Assembly: GCF_009914755.1 (NCBI RefSeq)
Contig: NC_060928.1
From: the human T2T-CHM13v2.0 reference genome, Homo sapiens
Reading direction: 5' to 3' (one strand)
Length of the DNA: 64,000 nt
Position numbers and translations under genes: made by a program. Below are positions 1 to 13,853 of this stretch, in pieces. Under the pieces are notes generated by a model. It was not told the origin of the DNA. It did no database searches and saw nothing but the letters and a program-made list of their open reading frames with translations. Positions within the stretch are counted from its first letter, which is position 1. Each line of letters begins with the position of its first letter.

Positions 1-530
1 GTAGGGGAAGCTATACTTATATCAGACAAAATAGACTTTAAGTCTAAAGCTGTAAAAAGAGACAAAGAAAGTCATTATATATTAATAAAGGAATCAATTT
101 ATCAATAGGACAAAATAATTGTAAATATATATGCACCCAACATTAAGTCGCCCAAATATGTAAAGCAAATATAAATAGATTGGAAGGAAAGACTAACTGT
201 AACACAATAATTAGCAGGAGACTTTAACGTATAAGTTTCAGCGATGGACAGATCGTTCGAACAAAAAATCCATAAGGAAACGTTGAACTTAAACTAAACT
301 TTAGACCAAATAAACCTAACACATATACATAACATTCCATCCAACAGAAGTATAATATGCATTCTGCTCAAGTCCATATGAAACATTCTCCAGCATATAT
401 TATATGTTAGGTCACAAAACAATCCTTAAGAAATTTAAGAAGATTGAAATGGTATCAAGTATCTTTTCTGACCACAATGGTATGAAATTACAAGTGAGTA
501 ACAGGAAGAATTTCAGAAAATTAAAAGATA

Positions 531-1051
531 CAGTAGTCCTCCATTATCTGTGGGACACATTCCACAATCACCAGTGGATACCTGAAGCTGCAGATTTCCA
601 AAATGCCAGTGACTCAAACTTTTGGTCTGTTGATGCTGTCTCATAATTCCTGTAAGCTTTCTTCATTTTTAAAAATGGTTTTCTTTTTCCTCTTCTCACT
701 GTATATTTTCAAATAACTCATCTTCAATTTTGCAGATTCTTTCTTTTGCTTGACTAATTCTGCTGCTGATAGTCTCTGTTTCACTTTTCACTTTGTTCAT
801 TGTATTTTTCAGCTCCAGAACCTTATATATACTATGTTTTTTTCTGTGCATACATACATATGATAAAAGTTAATTTATAAGTTAGGCACAATAAGAGATG
901 AACAAAAATATAATAAAATAGAACAATTTTAACAATATATTATAATAAAAGTTATATGAATGTCGTCTCTTTCTCTCTCTCAAAATATCTCAATATTTTC
1001 ATACCTATATTGACCATGGCAAACTGAAACTTGAATAAGGCCTGATTACTA
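531..1051 (-). mobile_element. MER44-like (Tigger7-family) non-autonomous DNA transposon inserted in the L1
   Basis: CAGTAGTCC..TTATC terminus at 531 and degenerate other end near 1051. TA duplication at 529-530 and 1052-1053. L1 sequence rejoins cleanly across it. Confidence 0.8.
597..819 (-). mobile_element. Internal antisense L1 ORF1 fragment nested inside the MER44
   Basis: ttggtctgttgatgctgtctcataattcc...tgtatttttcagctccagaa resembles the antisense strand of the L1M ORF1 coiled-coil region. Confidence 0.65.
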
Positions 1052-1701
1052 TACTTGGAAATTTACAAATATGCTTCTGAACAAACAATGAGTTAAGAAG
1101 AAATTAAAAGTATCTTGAGACAAATAAATATAGATAAATAACATATCAAAACTTACGGGATGTAACAAAAGCAATTCTAAGATTAGAAGTTTATAGCAGT
1201 GAACACCTAAGGCAAAAAAGAAGAAAGACCTCAAAAAAAAAAAAAAAAAAGGAACTCGAAGAATAAGGATAAGCTAAGCTGAAAGTTAGTAGATGGAAGG
1301 GAATAATTATCAGAGCAGAAATAACTGAAATAGAGCATAAAAGAATAGGAAGGATTAATGAAACTAAGAGTTGGTTTTTTGAAAAGAGAAATAAAATTGA
1401 CAAAACTTTAGCAAACTAAATTAAAGAAGAGAGACGACAAATATCAGAAATGAAAGAAAGACATTACAGCTGATACCACACAAATGCAAAGAATCATAAC
1501 AGACTACTATGAATAATTATATACCAACATATTGGATAACTTAGAAGAAATGGATAAATTCTTAGACACATACAACTTACCAAGACTAAATCATGAAGAC
1601 CTAGAAAACCTGAACAAAACAATAATAAATAAGGAGATTGAATTACTATTAAAAAGTCTCTAATAAAAGAAAAGTGTAGGACCTGGTGGCTTTACCACTG
1701 A

Positions 1702-1777
1702 TTTTTTTTTTTAAGTGAAAGCAAGTTTATTAGGAACGTAAAGGAATAAAGAATGACTACTCCATAAGCAGAGCAGC
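1702..1777 (-). mobile_element. 76-nt polyadenylated retrocopy of an ERV1 LTR (MER41-like) transcript 3' end
   Basis: Minus strand reads gctgctctgcttatggagtagtcattctttattcctttacgttcctAATAAActtgctttcactt followed by A11. Flanked by the direct repeat CTTTACCACTGA at 1690-1701 and 1778-1789. Confidence 0.8.
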
Positions 1778-3582
1778 CTTTACCACTGAATTCTATCAAA
1801 CATTTAAAGAAAAACTAATACCAATCCTACTGAAACTCTTTCCCAAAAATGGAGAAAACAGAATACTTCCAAACTCATTTTATGAGACCAGCATTACCCT
1901 GATACCAAAGCCAGACAAGGAAATGAAATTTCAGGCCAATATTCCTGAAGAACATCGATGCAAAAATTCTCAACGAATACTAGCAACCCAAATTCAATAG
2001 CACATTAAAAGAATAATTTACTGTGATCAAATGGAATTCATCACAGGGATATAAGAATGGTTCAACATTTGCATATCTATAAATGTGACTCACCACATTA
2101 GCAGAATGAAGGACTGAACCATGTGATCATCTCAATAGATGCAGAGAAAGCATTTGACAAAATTCAACATCCTTTCATAAGAAAAAATTCTCAACAAATT
2201 AGGTATAAAAGGAATGTATCTCAACACAACAAAGGTCATATTTGACAAACCCACAGGTCAATATCACACTGGTGAAAAGTTGAAAGCTTTTTCTCTAAGA
2301 TCAGAAGAAAGAAAATGATGCCCACTCATCGCCCTTTCTATTGAACATAGTACTGGATGTCCGAGTCAGAGCAATTAGCCAAGAGAAAGAAATGAAGCAT
2401 ATCTAATTGGAAAGAAAGAAGATATTTTGTCCTTGTTTGCAGACAACATTATTTTATATATATGCGACCTTAAAGACCCTACCAAAAAAAACTGTTAAAA
2501 CTAATACACAAGCTCAGTAAAGGGATTTGCAGGATACAAAATCAACATATGAAAATCAGTTGCATTTCTACACATTAACAACAAACAATCTGAAAAAAGA
2601 AATCAAGACAACAATTTCATTTACAATAGCTCCAAAAACTTTAGAAATAAATTTAACCAAGGAGATGAAAGTCCTGTATACTGAAAACTATAAAATATTG
2701 ATGAAAGAAATTGAAAAAATCACAAACAAATGGAAAGATAATTCCATTTTGTTAATGGATTAGAAGAATTAATATTGTCAAACTGTTCATACTACGCAAT
2801 GCAAGCTACAGATTCAATACAATCTCTATCAAAATTCCAGTAACATTTTTCACAGAAATAGAAAAACAATTCTAAAATTCATATGGAACTACAAATCACC
2901 CTGAATAGCCAAAGCAATCTTTAGCAAAAAGAACAAAGCTGGAGACATCACACTACCTGACCTCAAAATACTGTACAAAGCTATTGTAATGAAAACAGCA
3001 TAGAACTGGCATAAAAATACATACATACAACAGTGGAACAGAATAGAGTCCAGAAATCCACACATTTACAGTCAACTGGTTTTTGACAAAGGTGCCAAGA
3101 ACACACAATGGGGAAAGGACAGTCTCTTCAATAAGTAGTATTAGGGCAACTAGACATCCATATGCAGAAGAATGAAATTATACCCTTGTCTCATATGATA
3201 TACAAAAGTCAACCCAAAATGGATTAAAGACATAAACATAAGATCTGAAAATGCAAGACTACCAGAAGAAAACATAGGGAAAAACTCCATTACATTAGTC
3301 TCGCCAATGAGTTTTTGGATTTGACCCCAAAAGTGCAGGCAACAAAAGCACAAATAAACAAAAGAGATTGTATCAAACTAAAGGCTTTTGCACAGCAAAA
3401 GAAACAGCAGAGTGAACAGACAACCTATGGAATGAGAGGAAGTATTTGCAAACCAGACATCTCACAAAGGATTAATATCCAAAATGTAAAAAATTCAAAC
3501 AACTCAATATCAAGAAAACAAATAACCCAATTAAAAGAGGGACACAGAACTTGAATAGAGATTTCTCAAAAGGAGACACACA

Positions 3583-3834
3583 GGCTGGGCGCAGTGTCTC
3601 ACGCCTGTAATCCCAGCACTTTGGGAGACCGGGGAGGGTGGATCACGGGGTCAGGAGTTCGAGACCAGCCTGACCAACATGGTGAAACCCCGTCTCTACT
3701 AAAAATACAAAAATTATCTGGGTGTAGTGGCACGCGCCTGTAATCCCAGCTACTTAGGAGGCTGAGGCAGGAGAATCGCTTGAATCTGGGAGGCAGAGAT
3801 TGCAGTGAGCCGAGATCACACCACTGCATTCCAG
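3583..3834 (+). mobile_element. AluS (Sg-like), 3'-truncated with no poly(A)
   Basis: GGCTGGGCGCAGTG start, both arms present, stops at ccactgcattccag. TSD-like aaaggagacaYaca on both sides. Confidence 0.95.
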
Positions 3835-4736
3835 AGACATACAAAGGAGACATACAAATGGCCAATATGTATAGGAAAAATGCTCAATATCACTAATCAT
3901 CGGGGAAATGCAGATTCAAACCAGAATGAGATATCACCTCACACTTCTTATAATGGCATTTATCAAAAATCATGAAAGATAACAAGTGTTCGTGAGGATT
4001 TAGAGAAAAGGGAACTCCTGTACTCTGTTGGCGGGAATGTACTAACTTAGACTACTTACATGTACTTATATGTGAGTTAGTACATTCCCCCCAACAGTGT
4101 ACAGGTGTTATGGAAAACATTATGGACATTCCTCAAAAAATTTAAAATGAAACTACAATATCATCCAGCATTCCCACTACTGAGTATATATCCAAAAGAA
4201 ATGAAATTGGTATGTCAAAAAGATACCTGTAGTCCCATGTTCATTGAAGCACTATTTACAATAGCCAAGAGGTGGAAACAACCTAAGTGTCCATCAGCAG
4301 CTGAACAGATAAAATGTCATGTACATGCATAACTGAATACTATTCAGCCTTAAAAGAAAAGGAAATCTTGTCATTTGCAACAATATGGATGAACCAGAGG
4401 ACATCATATTAGGTGAAATAAGCCAGACACGGAAAGACAAATAACTATATGATCTCACTTACATATGGAATCTAAAAAAGTTGAACTCATACAAGTAGAA
4501 AGTAGAATGATGGTTACCAGTGGCTGGAAAGGGTGGGGAGTTAGGGAAATGTTGCCAAAGGATCCAAAATTTCAATTAGGAAGAATAAGTTCAAGAGTCC
4601 TATTTTTACAACATGGTTAACTACAGTTAATGACAATGTATTGTATTCTTGAAAAGTCACCGAGAGAGTAGATTTAATTATTCTTATTACCAAAAAAGGT
4701 ATATGATATAATGCGTATGTTAAGTAGCTTTATTAA

Positions 4737-5085
<349 letters not shown>

Positions 5086-7099
5086 TAATTTAAATATATA
5101 AATCAATAAAACTGCTATATTTAGGGTCATTTAGCTGTTTACGGGATAATCACATTTTAACTTGAAAGAATCTCACTTTGGACAACAGAGTTTTACTTTG
5201 TGTCCGAAAGCTTTCTTTTTCCTTTCTCTTTTTGTTTCCTGCTTAAACTGGCAAATTGCACTATGTTTATAATTTACCCTGATGCCCTTTGCCCTTCATG
5301 TGATTCATTTCCATCTGGCATTCTTTTCTAATTTCTTTCTTGAGAGTTATGAAATATTTTCTAGCTGTTTCTAATAACTGCCTTTAAATGGACATAAGCC
5401 ACTGCCTAGATGTGTACCTGCTTCTAATAAACAAGTGAGTCAGGGCTCATTGTGCAAATGAACACAGCAGCATCTGGCCCATCACACAAACATTCCATTT
5501 CTCTCACAGGTTCATTATTTCTCTTTTGTCCATATTTAGTTAGTAAAGCCATATATTCAAAATGTAATTTTGACTTTTTGTCTATAGTAACAAAATATAA
5601 GAATAGAACTTTGTACAAACTATGCAGTCTACAGAAGGTAAAAATATATATTTTGATAAAAGTTTCAAAACCAAAATAAGTCCATACAAGGTCTGAAATC
5701 AGAGTGCATATTTCCAATAATAAAATAGATTTTTAAAAAATTTATGGAAGCTTGTGTTAACTCCAAAATGGATAATTGAGGGATTGAATCTTAAGAGTGC
5801 TTTTTAAAAGTACTTGAAAGGGTGGAAAAGGATTCCCTAGGAATATTATATAATTTTCAAATATAAAAATATAAAATTTAATTTCAACATAGAAATAGAA
5901 CAGCATCTCAACAAAAAGAAAACAAATCTTTATCAAATTCAGTAGAGGTGTATTGAATACACATTTTGCTGAATGCTGAAAATGTTAAAGTCGACAGTTG
6001 GTCAACATGGATGTCATGTTATAGAAACAACATGTAAAAACAAAAATCTGAACTGTTATTAAATAAAGTTTAATTGTTCAACTTTTGTTATAATTTTAGA
6101 AATTGCATTTTAAAACTTGACATTATAGCACAGAAACATTTTTTTCAGCATTAACACCTGATAGCTTGCTCCTATGGTAATTATATTATACATTAGTGAG
6201 ACTATAAATAGGCATTCATTTTCCACTGAGGCTAGAGGAGGAGCAACTTCTTTGGTCTAGCTCCTGCAGCCTAGGGTACAGATGATGTAGCAATATAACC
6301 ATTATTCAACTTTCCCTACCTCTGTAATTCTAACTGACTCAGTTCCCCTCTTCTTGAGCTCCTGAGCGGGATGGTGATGATAAAATGATGCCAATGATGC
6401 AGCCTCACAAACTCTCTGTCTACCTGGAAAAAGATGTTTTCTAAACATTCTTTCGGAATATTTTCAGAAACAGTCTTGTAATTTTGGCTCTTGCTGATAT
6501 TTTTATATCTACTATTTTCACAGGCATTTGCTGCTCCACTCAATCACTTGGGAAAAATTGTCCTTACTTTGGACTAGAACTTTTGCAATAGAACAATATG
6601 CTTGGCTTTTAGAATGACAATATTGTTCCGGAATTTTTAGCTGGCACTCAGATTTCTGTCTGCCTCTCATTGGCAAACATGACATTTCAGCAATTTCTCT
6701 AAAGAGGAATGACTGGGGGGTATGTACAGCAGGCATCATGTAAGAAAAACTCACACCTCACGACATATTTGTTTGATTTATTCAGCAGACTTCAGCAAAG
6801 GAAAGATGTGAAAGCAACCCTTGATTGTTGGTATGTCTGAAGATATTGGTATTGTGGTGGTATTACCTGCAAAGTATGTAATAAGGCTTGCTTTTATTTG
6901 CTCAGTCTTTGGATGTGTATTAGCTTTCATTCTATCTTGGTTGAACATCTTATATAAGTGTAAGATAAGGTAGTTCAAAATATCTTGATAACATGTAGCC
7001 TATTTTTGATTAAAGTCCATTTTCATTGCAATTTTACATTTATGATGATTACCAATATTTTAAAGAAAGTATTCAGGTGTTAAAAAGATAATCAAAGAT

Positions 7100-7235
7100 G
7101 GATAAGTGAACAAACATTTGATAAAGTAAAGTTGAATATAGATGGTAGAATCTAGGTGGTAGACACATGATACAAAGTTTTAAAAACCTTTCTTCTTTTG
7201 GAAATTTACATAATAAAATGTTAGTTAAAATAATA
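7100..7235 (+). mobile_element. L1ME-type 3' end fragment
   Basis: gtagaatctaggtggtag...tttggaaatttacataataaaatgtt resembles the L1ME 3' terminus. Confidence 0.5.
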
Positions 7236-7264
7236 AATCTAAACAACATGCCTTACATTTATAC

Positions 7265-7670
7265 GGTAAGTTAGGATCTCTGGGGAGAGAAACTGAGGTT
7301 TGCAAATAGGAGGTTCATAGGGAGTGCTCATATGCAATACTTGTGAGGGATGGGGAAAGCAGGATTAGGCACAGAGAAAAGTTAAACTGTGATGCAGTTG
7401 CAAAAGCAGCCTCAGCTGATCCTAAGGGGATCCAGAAGCTGAGATGACTATTTAGAATACCAGTTGAGTCAAGGGGCCAAGGCCTTTGCACCCCGACTTC
7501 AAGCAGTTATTGGATGTAATCTGCTCACAAGGGGGAGAATGTAATCTTGGGCAAGGCAGGTTCTTCAGTGAGGGCAACTTACAGAAAAAGACTCAGCAAT
7601 GAGCCTCAGCACTCATCATTCCTGGCTGCAGGAAGAATGAGTGTCTCAATAATGTACCGCAGTGTCACAG
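7265..7670 (-). mobile_element. LTR16C-like ERVL solo LTR
   Basis: gcaggattaggcacagagaaaagttaaactgtgatgcagttgca..gcctcagctgatcc matches the recalled LTR16 reverse strand. Confidence 0.7.
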
Positions 7671-8065
7671 CAACTTATTGATATTTTTAATGTGTTAAAA
7701 TAACTAGGTAGAAAGGTTACCTACATGATCATGTATCCATTGATCACACATGAGTTCATAGATGCCAGAACTGAACATGTAGCATTTAACTATTCATCTA
7801 AAGCTGAAAGGTAACACCAGATTTTGCTAATACCCACGCTGAAACAAAAGTTTAGTACCACCTATACACAATGGCATTTGAAAGATCAATGTTTTTTCAG
7901 AAAGTCAAGCTGTAAATTATTTTGAAAAACAAAGCAAATCAGTACATGTTAAAATAACTTTAAGTGGCTTGAGTACTGCCAGTGCCTCTTATAGAAACAC
8001 GTCTATGTTTACTGTGTAAATCTCTGTTATTTTTTCCACTTATAATTGAGTCACCTCCTTACACA

Positions 8066-8325
<260 letters not shown>

Positions 8326-8640
8326 TCAGTATGATAACTGCCATTTCTTTTATGCCCACTGTGAATCAGAAATTGATCTTATGCTTTAAATAGATTACAT
8401 GTATTTTACCCAGGAAATCTGCAAGATTAAGTATTACTATTCGTTGAGACATATAAAAGAGCTCTATGATTTTTCGACTTCTTTTTTCATAATTAAAACA
8501 CTCTTCGTTGTGAAGCATGAACGGAAGGTGAGAAACTTGGCCATCATTATTAGCTACATATTATATGTGTGGGTAGTGGTCATACCTCATAACTCATCAT
8601 TATGGCAATTATGTTTGAACTATAGTGGTCACAAAGATGA

Positions 8641-9826
8641 TTTATTTTTCTTTCTTTTTAAAAGAAACTTTTATTTCAGGCTCAGGGGTGCATGTGCAGG
8701 TTTGTTATATAGGTAAACTCACGTCATGGGGTTTTTTTGTACAGATTATTTCATCACCCAGGTACCAAGCCTAGTACACAATAGTTACTTTTTTTGATCC
8801 TTTCCCTCCTCCCACCCTCCAATCTCAAGTAGGCCTCAGTGTCTGTTGTTCCCCTCTTTATCTTCATGAGTTCTCATCATTTAACTCCCACTTATAAGTG
8901 AGAACATGTGGTGTTTGGTTTTCTGTTATGGAGTTAGTTTGCTAAGGATAATGGCCTCTAGCTCCATCCATGTTCCTGCAAAAGACATGATCTCATTCTT
9001 TTTATGGCAGCATAGTATTTCATGGTGTATATGTACTACATTTCCTTTATCCAGTCTGTTATTGATGGGCATTTAGGTTGATTCCACATCTTTGCTATTG
9101 TGAATGGTGCTACAATGAATATAAGCATGTATATGTCTTTATGGTAGAACAATTTATATTCTTTTAGGTATATATCCATTAATGGGATTGCTGGGTCAAA
9201 TGGTAGTTCTGTTTTTAGCTCTTTGAGGAATCAACATACAGCTTTCCACAATGGAATTTACATGCCCACCAACAGTGTATAAGTGTTTTCTTTTCTCCAT
9301 AACCTCTCCAGCATCTGTTATTTTTTTGACTCTTTAGTAATAGCCATTCAGATTAGTGTGAGATGGTATCTCATTGTGGTTTAGATTTGCATTTCTCTAA
9401 TGATCAGTAATATTGAGCTTATTTTCATATGCTTCTTGGCTGCATGTATGTCTTCTTTTCAAAAGTATCTGTTTATGTCCTTTGCCCACTTTTTAATGGG
9501 TTTGTTTGTTTGTTTTTTCCTTGTAAGTGTGTTTAATTTTTTTACAGATGCTGTATATTAGACCTTTGACAGATGCAGAGTTAATAAATATTTTATCTCA
9601 TTCTGTAGGTTGTCTGTTTACACTGTTGATAGTTTCTTTTGCTGTGCAGAAGCTGTTAAGTTTAATGATACCTCATTTGTCAAGTTTTTGCTTTTGTCAC
9701 CATTGCTTTTGGCATCTTCGTCATGAAATCTTTGCCTATGCCTATGTCCAGAATGGTATTGCCTAGGTTATGTTCCAGGGTTTTTATAGTTTGGGGTTTT
9801 ACATTTAAGTTTTTAATCCATTTTGA
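8641..9826 (-). mobile_element. L1PA15/16-like 3' portion
   Basis: ggggtgcatgtgcaggtttgttatataggtaaactcacgtcatggg...tcatcacccagg 3' UTR signature, followed by antisense ORF2 end. Confidence 0.88.
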
Positions 9827-9828
9827 TT

Positions 9829-11200
9829 CTTTTTTAGTATGGTTAAGAAAATGTAACATGAGATCTACTCTCTTAATACAATTTTGGGTGTACATTACAG
9901 TGTTGTTAAGTATAAGCACAATGCTGTATAGCAGATCGCTAGAACCTTTTCATGTCGCATGTGCGAAACTTTATGCCCATTAACCAGCAACTCCACATTT
10001 TCTTCTCCCCCTTAATCCCTGACAATCACCATTCTACTCTCTGTGTTTATTTTTAATTATGTGTATGACAACTTTAGATATCTCATGTAAGTGGAATCAT
10101 GAAGTATTTGTCTTTCTGCAACTGGCTTATTTCACTTAGCATAATCTTTTCAAGTTTCATTCATGTTATAGCATATGGTAGGATGTCTTAGTTTGTTTGA
10201 GCTGCTATAACAAAGTACTGTAAACTGAGTAATTTGTAAACAACAGAAATTTATTGTTCACAGTTCTGGAGACTGGGAAGTCCAACCAGCACACCAGTAG
10301 ACTCAGTGTCCAGTGAGGGCTCACTCTCTGCTACAAAGATGACACCTTCCTAGCTGTGTCTTCACATTTGCATAAGGGGCAAGCAAGCTCACTCAGGCTT
10401 CTTTTCTAAAGGCATGAAATCCGTTCATTAGGGTGGATCCCTCAAGACCTAATCATCTCCCAAAGGCCTCACCTCTTAGTACCACCACATTGGAAATTAG
10501 GTTTCAACATATGAATTTATGGACAACATAAACATTCAAATGACAGCACAGTATTTTCTTCTTCTTAAAAACTGAAAAATATTCTACTACATTTTATATA
10601 TATTGTCACTTTTTAACCATGCATTTGTTGATAACTTAGGTTATTCTCACCGCTTGGAAATTATAAACAATGCTGCAATGAACAGGGGAGTGTAGATGTC
10701 TCTTTGACATACTGATTTTATATTCTTTGAATATATACCTGAAGTGGAATTGTTCAATCATATGGTAATTCTATTTTTAATTTTTTAAGAAGTCTCCATA
10801 CTGTTTTTCATAATGGCTGTATGAATTTACATTCCCAGTAACAGTGTACAAGGGTTTTCTTTTCTTCACATCCTTTTCAACACTTGTTTTCTTTCAACTT
10901 TTTGATAAAAGCCACCCTAAGAGGTGTGATATCTTACTGTGGTTTTTAATTTGTGTTTTCCTGATGATTTGTGATGCTGAGTATTGTTCCATATACCTGT
11001 TTTCTATTTATATGTCTTCTTTTAGAGAAACGTCTATTTAAGTCCTTTGCCCATTTTAAAATCCAGTTATTTGTTTTCTTGCTATTTAATTCTTTGTGTT
11101 CTTTATATATTTTGAATATTCATGCTTTATCAGATGTATGGTTTACAAATATTTTTTTCCAATCTGTAGTTTGTCTCTTCACTCTGATAATTGTTTTACA
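9829..11200 (-). mobile_element. L1MA9-like 3' portion, split by an MST LTR
   Basis: aacatgagatctactctcttaa...gcacaatgctgtatagcagatcgctagaac 3' UTR; L1 sequence resumes at about 10549. Confidence 0.82.
10184..10548 (-). mobile_element. MSTD/MLT1A-like MaLR solo LTR
   Basis: tgtcttagtttg..gctgctataacaaa...aacaacagaaatttattg..cacagttctggag, ending aacattcaaatgacagca. Confidence 0.85.
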
Positions 11201-11347
11201 ATCATGATAAGGATTTTTTTTTTTACCACAATTTTGTTGTGTTCACTTTAAAGTGGTTCAATGAATCCAGATATTCATTAGATAGCATCATTGCTAGGGG
11301 CCTGTACATACAGCATAATGGTATGGCTGTAAGAAAAGTCTCTAGGT

Positions 11348-11696
<349 letters not shown>

Positions 11697-13446
11697 TCAC
11701 TCTGCACCAGAGTACATTTTGAGGTGCCATGGAGCTGCAATTGCTAGTTCATGAATCACTGACAGAAAATTTAAAAATGTTGTGGTGATCTGTTTTTGGA
11801 AATTTTTTCTGTAATTATAGACAAGCAAAAAAGGAACCTTACTTAACTTTACATGTGGTATCTTGAAGTAGAAAGATTTACTTGTCAAGCAACTGTATTA
11901 ATATTGTTGCTAACAGCAGAAAAAGGACATATAGAATTTCCTGATGAGATAGTCTACTGGGGCTCCCATTAAACTTAAGACATATTTCTTGAATACAAAA
12001 GCAGCCCTGGGCATCATTTAAATCACTTGGAGTGATGCAACTCAGAAGCCAGTGAATTCTGAAAGAGCACAGGTTCTTTCTTCCCTTAGTGATTGAGTCA
12101 CTTCCTAACAGAACAGTGCAATTAAATGAGCTGATGTTCTGGATGTTACTTATGTCTGGGAATCAGGTTTGGGAAATACGTTCAGGGGCATCACTAATAA
12201 ACATCACCTACCATACTGTGTGCCATGTAGTCTCTATCAGTACTACTGACATCTTAAATCTGGGATATCACAGTACTGGTGACAGTTTGGAAACAGGAAG
12301 CTAAAACTCAAGAGACTAAGTCAGTTGAAATGCTGATAATTGCCACTTGAAATGTAGTCCTGATTTGTTGATAAAAGAAAAATGCCTGAGGCATAGTGGA
12401 ATTACCTCGGACCTTCTACCATCCTTTGAAAAGAAATCGTGGATACATGTGCATAGTATCTCTTTCAACGTGAAAGTTATTCTTAATCTCAAACTGAGGT
12501 AAGAGACATGCTGTTTGAAATGAAGTTAATTCTGAAGCATGAAGATGAGAATTACCTCCTGTAGGGTAATTTGGCCATAATTTGGGACTGTAGAAAAAGA
12601 TAAGGAGGAGCAGGCAGGAGCTGAGAATAGTTGCTTAAAATAAATGTTCAGATCGAAGCTGGCTGTAAATGGAAGTAAACTCAAAGAACTGAGGATGGCT
12701 GGCTTTCAGTGGTCAGATGAAGGAAAAAGGAAAGACTCATCACAGCCTTACCATAATTACAGGCAGAGATTGAAAGTCCAAAAGGTACATAAGTTAGCAT
12801 AAAGCTACCTGTTACACATCTGAACAGTGATTACAGTAATCAAATTTTGTTTAAGATACCTCAGAGACAAGTAGCAATGGTAGAAATTCTGTAATGGAAC
12901 CTGCTGATAGTGCTCATCCACAGGGCTGGCCTGATAAATGCTGGGTTCAGTTATGGAGTAATTTCCTTTTTACTGTTGAGGAAATATAATTAAAAACAAT
13001 ATCTTCTCCCAACCCAGAAAACTTCTCCATTAAGGTAGTAAAGAAATAAACAGTTTTATTACTGAATGAGTGTGAAATGAGAATGTGATGCTTATCACAG
13101 GCAATCCACCAAAAGCTTGCAAAGAACTAGCAGAACAAAATCTTACCCTTTTATACTGTCACTATGTGTAATCCATCACACACATACATGTTTTCTAGGT
13201 AAATATTCAATAGTCTTCAAGTAAGAGGACTAGATAACACCATTTGTCATACATATTTCATCCTAGATTTCATCACATAGATTCATCTAGTAATTGGGGT
13301 GACCATCTGTGTAAACTGATTGGCTTTATCCAGAGGAAAAGCAAATTTCTTATATCTTTTTGACAGGAGGTAGATTTGTAACTTGGATCAAGGCACCCAT
13401 GGAACATAATCTCATATCCTCCCACAGAAACTGGTAGATGGGGGGT

Positions 13447-13817
13447 TGTATTAGTTCCTTCTCATGCTGCTATGAAGAAATACCTGAGACTGGATAATTA
13501 TAAAGGAAAGAAGTTTAATTGACTCACAGTTCCACAGAACTGGAAAGAGCTCAGGAAACTTACAATCATGGTGGAAAAGGAAGCAAATACATCCTTCTTC
13601 ACAAGGTGGCAGGAGAGAGCACTGCTAAGCAAAGGGGGAAAAGCCCTTTTAAAACCATCAAATCTCATGAGAACTCACTCACTATCACAAGAACAGCATA
13701 GTGGGGTAATTGCCCTCATGATTCAATTACTTCCCACCGGGTCTCTCCCATGATGTGGGGATTATGGGAACTACAATTCAAGATGAGATTTGGGTGGGAC
13801 ACAGCCAAACCATATGA
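13447..13817 (-). mobile_element. THE1C-like MaLR solo LTR
   Basis: tgtattagt..ctcatgctgctatgaagaaatacctgagactgg...cacagccaaaccatat. 5-bp TSD GGGGT (13442-13446 and 13818-13822). Confidence 0.92.
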
Positions 13818-13853
13818 GGGGTGCTAACTCCCTTGATGTTTACAATCAATTCC

